From NCBI GenBank assembly GCA_010909165.1, contig VJWM01000273.1, forward strand, positions 1 to 64,000: a stretch of DNA of 64,000 bases, in the 5' to 3' direction. The position numbers and the translations under genes were made by a program. A model generated the notes under the pieces. It had not been told where the DNA came from. It was given only the letters and a program-made list of their open reading frames with translations, and did not search any database. This document shows, in pieces, positions 63,500 through 64,000 of this stretch; positions within the stretch are counted from its first letter, which is position 1; every line of letters begins with the position of its first letter. This DNA comes from Anthoceros angustus (lineage: Eukaryota > Plantae > Anthocerotophyta).

Positions 63500-64000
63500 C
63501 AGCAGGACAAAGTTGCTTTTCCACCGTGGGTGCTTGGCCGAGATTCAGAAGGGCGAGAGAGAACTCGCAATTGGGGAGAGTAGCTCCTTCCTCAGTGCTA
63601 GCTATGAAAAGGCGCCATGCCCCGAGCTGGCAGTGGGGAAGGAACCGCCCCGCACAAGGGCTCCTCCTTGCCAAGACCAGAGTCGCTACCGCCAGTGGAG
63701 AAGATTTTGAGACGCCACAATTTACATGCTTGGCAAATGCCTCAATCCTAGAGACTTGGTAGATTTCGCAATGAGGAGGAGAACATCCACTGGGATGGGT
63801 GTATGGCCGCCAAAGAGGCTCACACCAATTTGGAATTGATTGAGGAGTGTTACATCAACCTCCATCAATCTGGGCAGCCTTGTCGCTGTCGAGAGGAATG
63901 CCTGACCGATCCTCGCCGACAAATCGAGTATTCCAAGTATATGGGGAGACCTGAGGAGGAGCCTGTGATTGCTTTCCTTGAGAGGGACAATGGAGGAAGA
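63500..64000 (+). mobile_element. Start of another copy of the gypsy extra ORF, running off the window
   Basis: 63770-64000 reads NEEENIHWDGCMAAKEAHTNLELIEECYINLHQSGQ and matches 4437-4530 and 17985-18070 at the DNA level. A probable frameshift lies at ~63765. Confidence 0.75.

Overview
Nuclear DNA of a land plant. A non-seed plant such as a bryophyte is inferred from the short GT-AG introns and the retroelement types; this is not proven. No prokaryotic operons, rRNA genes or CRISPR arrays were found. Layout: (1) 1-3.4 kb is a frameshift-riddled Ty1/copia gag-pol with PPT and the start of its 3' LTR. (2) 3.4-24 kb is a Ty3/gypsy element arranged LTR - extra ORF - gag-PR-RT-RH-IN - LTR, followed by a second partial internal copy. 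It is scrambled into a patchwork of short recurring phrases and (GAG)n/(GAA)n runs joined at microhomologies, most likely a consensus or assembly artefact. (3) 24-28 kb holds an ~88-bp tandem array and a ~130-bp repeat in three copies, two of which form a foldback. (4) 29.4-34.1 kb is a 7-exon DIS3L2/SOV exoribonuclease gene with intact catalytic motifs but an in-frame TGA in exon 2. (5) 34.7-38.5 kb is a microsatellite cluster. (6) 42,640-47,901 is a bounded Copia element (LTRs ~94% identical, ATGTG TSD, tRNA-iMet PBS) with an internal deletion and two non-canonical extra ORF remnants. (7) 52.7-54.9 kb is a minus-strand GTE/BET-like bromodomain gene whose acetyl-lysine-binding Asn is replaced by His. 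(8) 57.4-58.5 kb is a decayed beta-class N4C/N6A DNA methyltransferase flanked by inverted periodic TGGCAGG arrays. (9) 59.4-64 kb is further retroelement-derived sequence with a 20-bp TCCGGA array and a clean homolog of the gypsy extra ORF. All calls come from manual reading and translation; no database searches were run.
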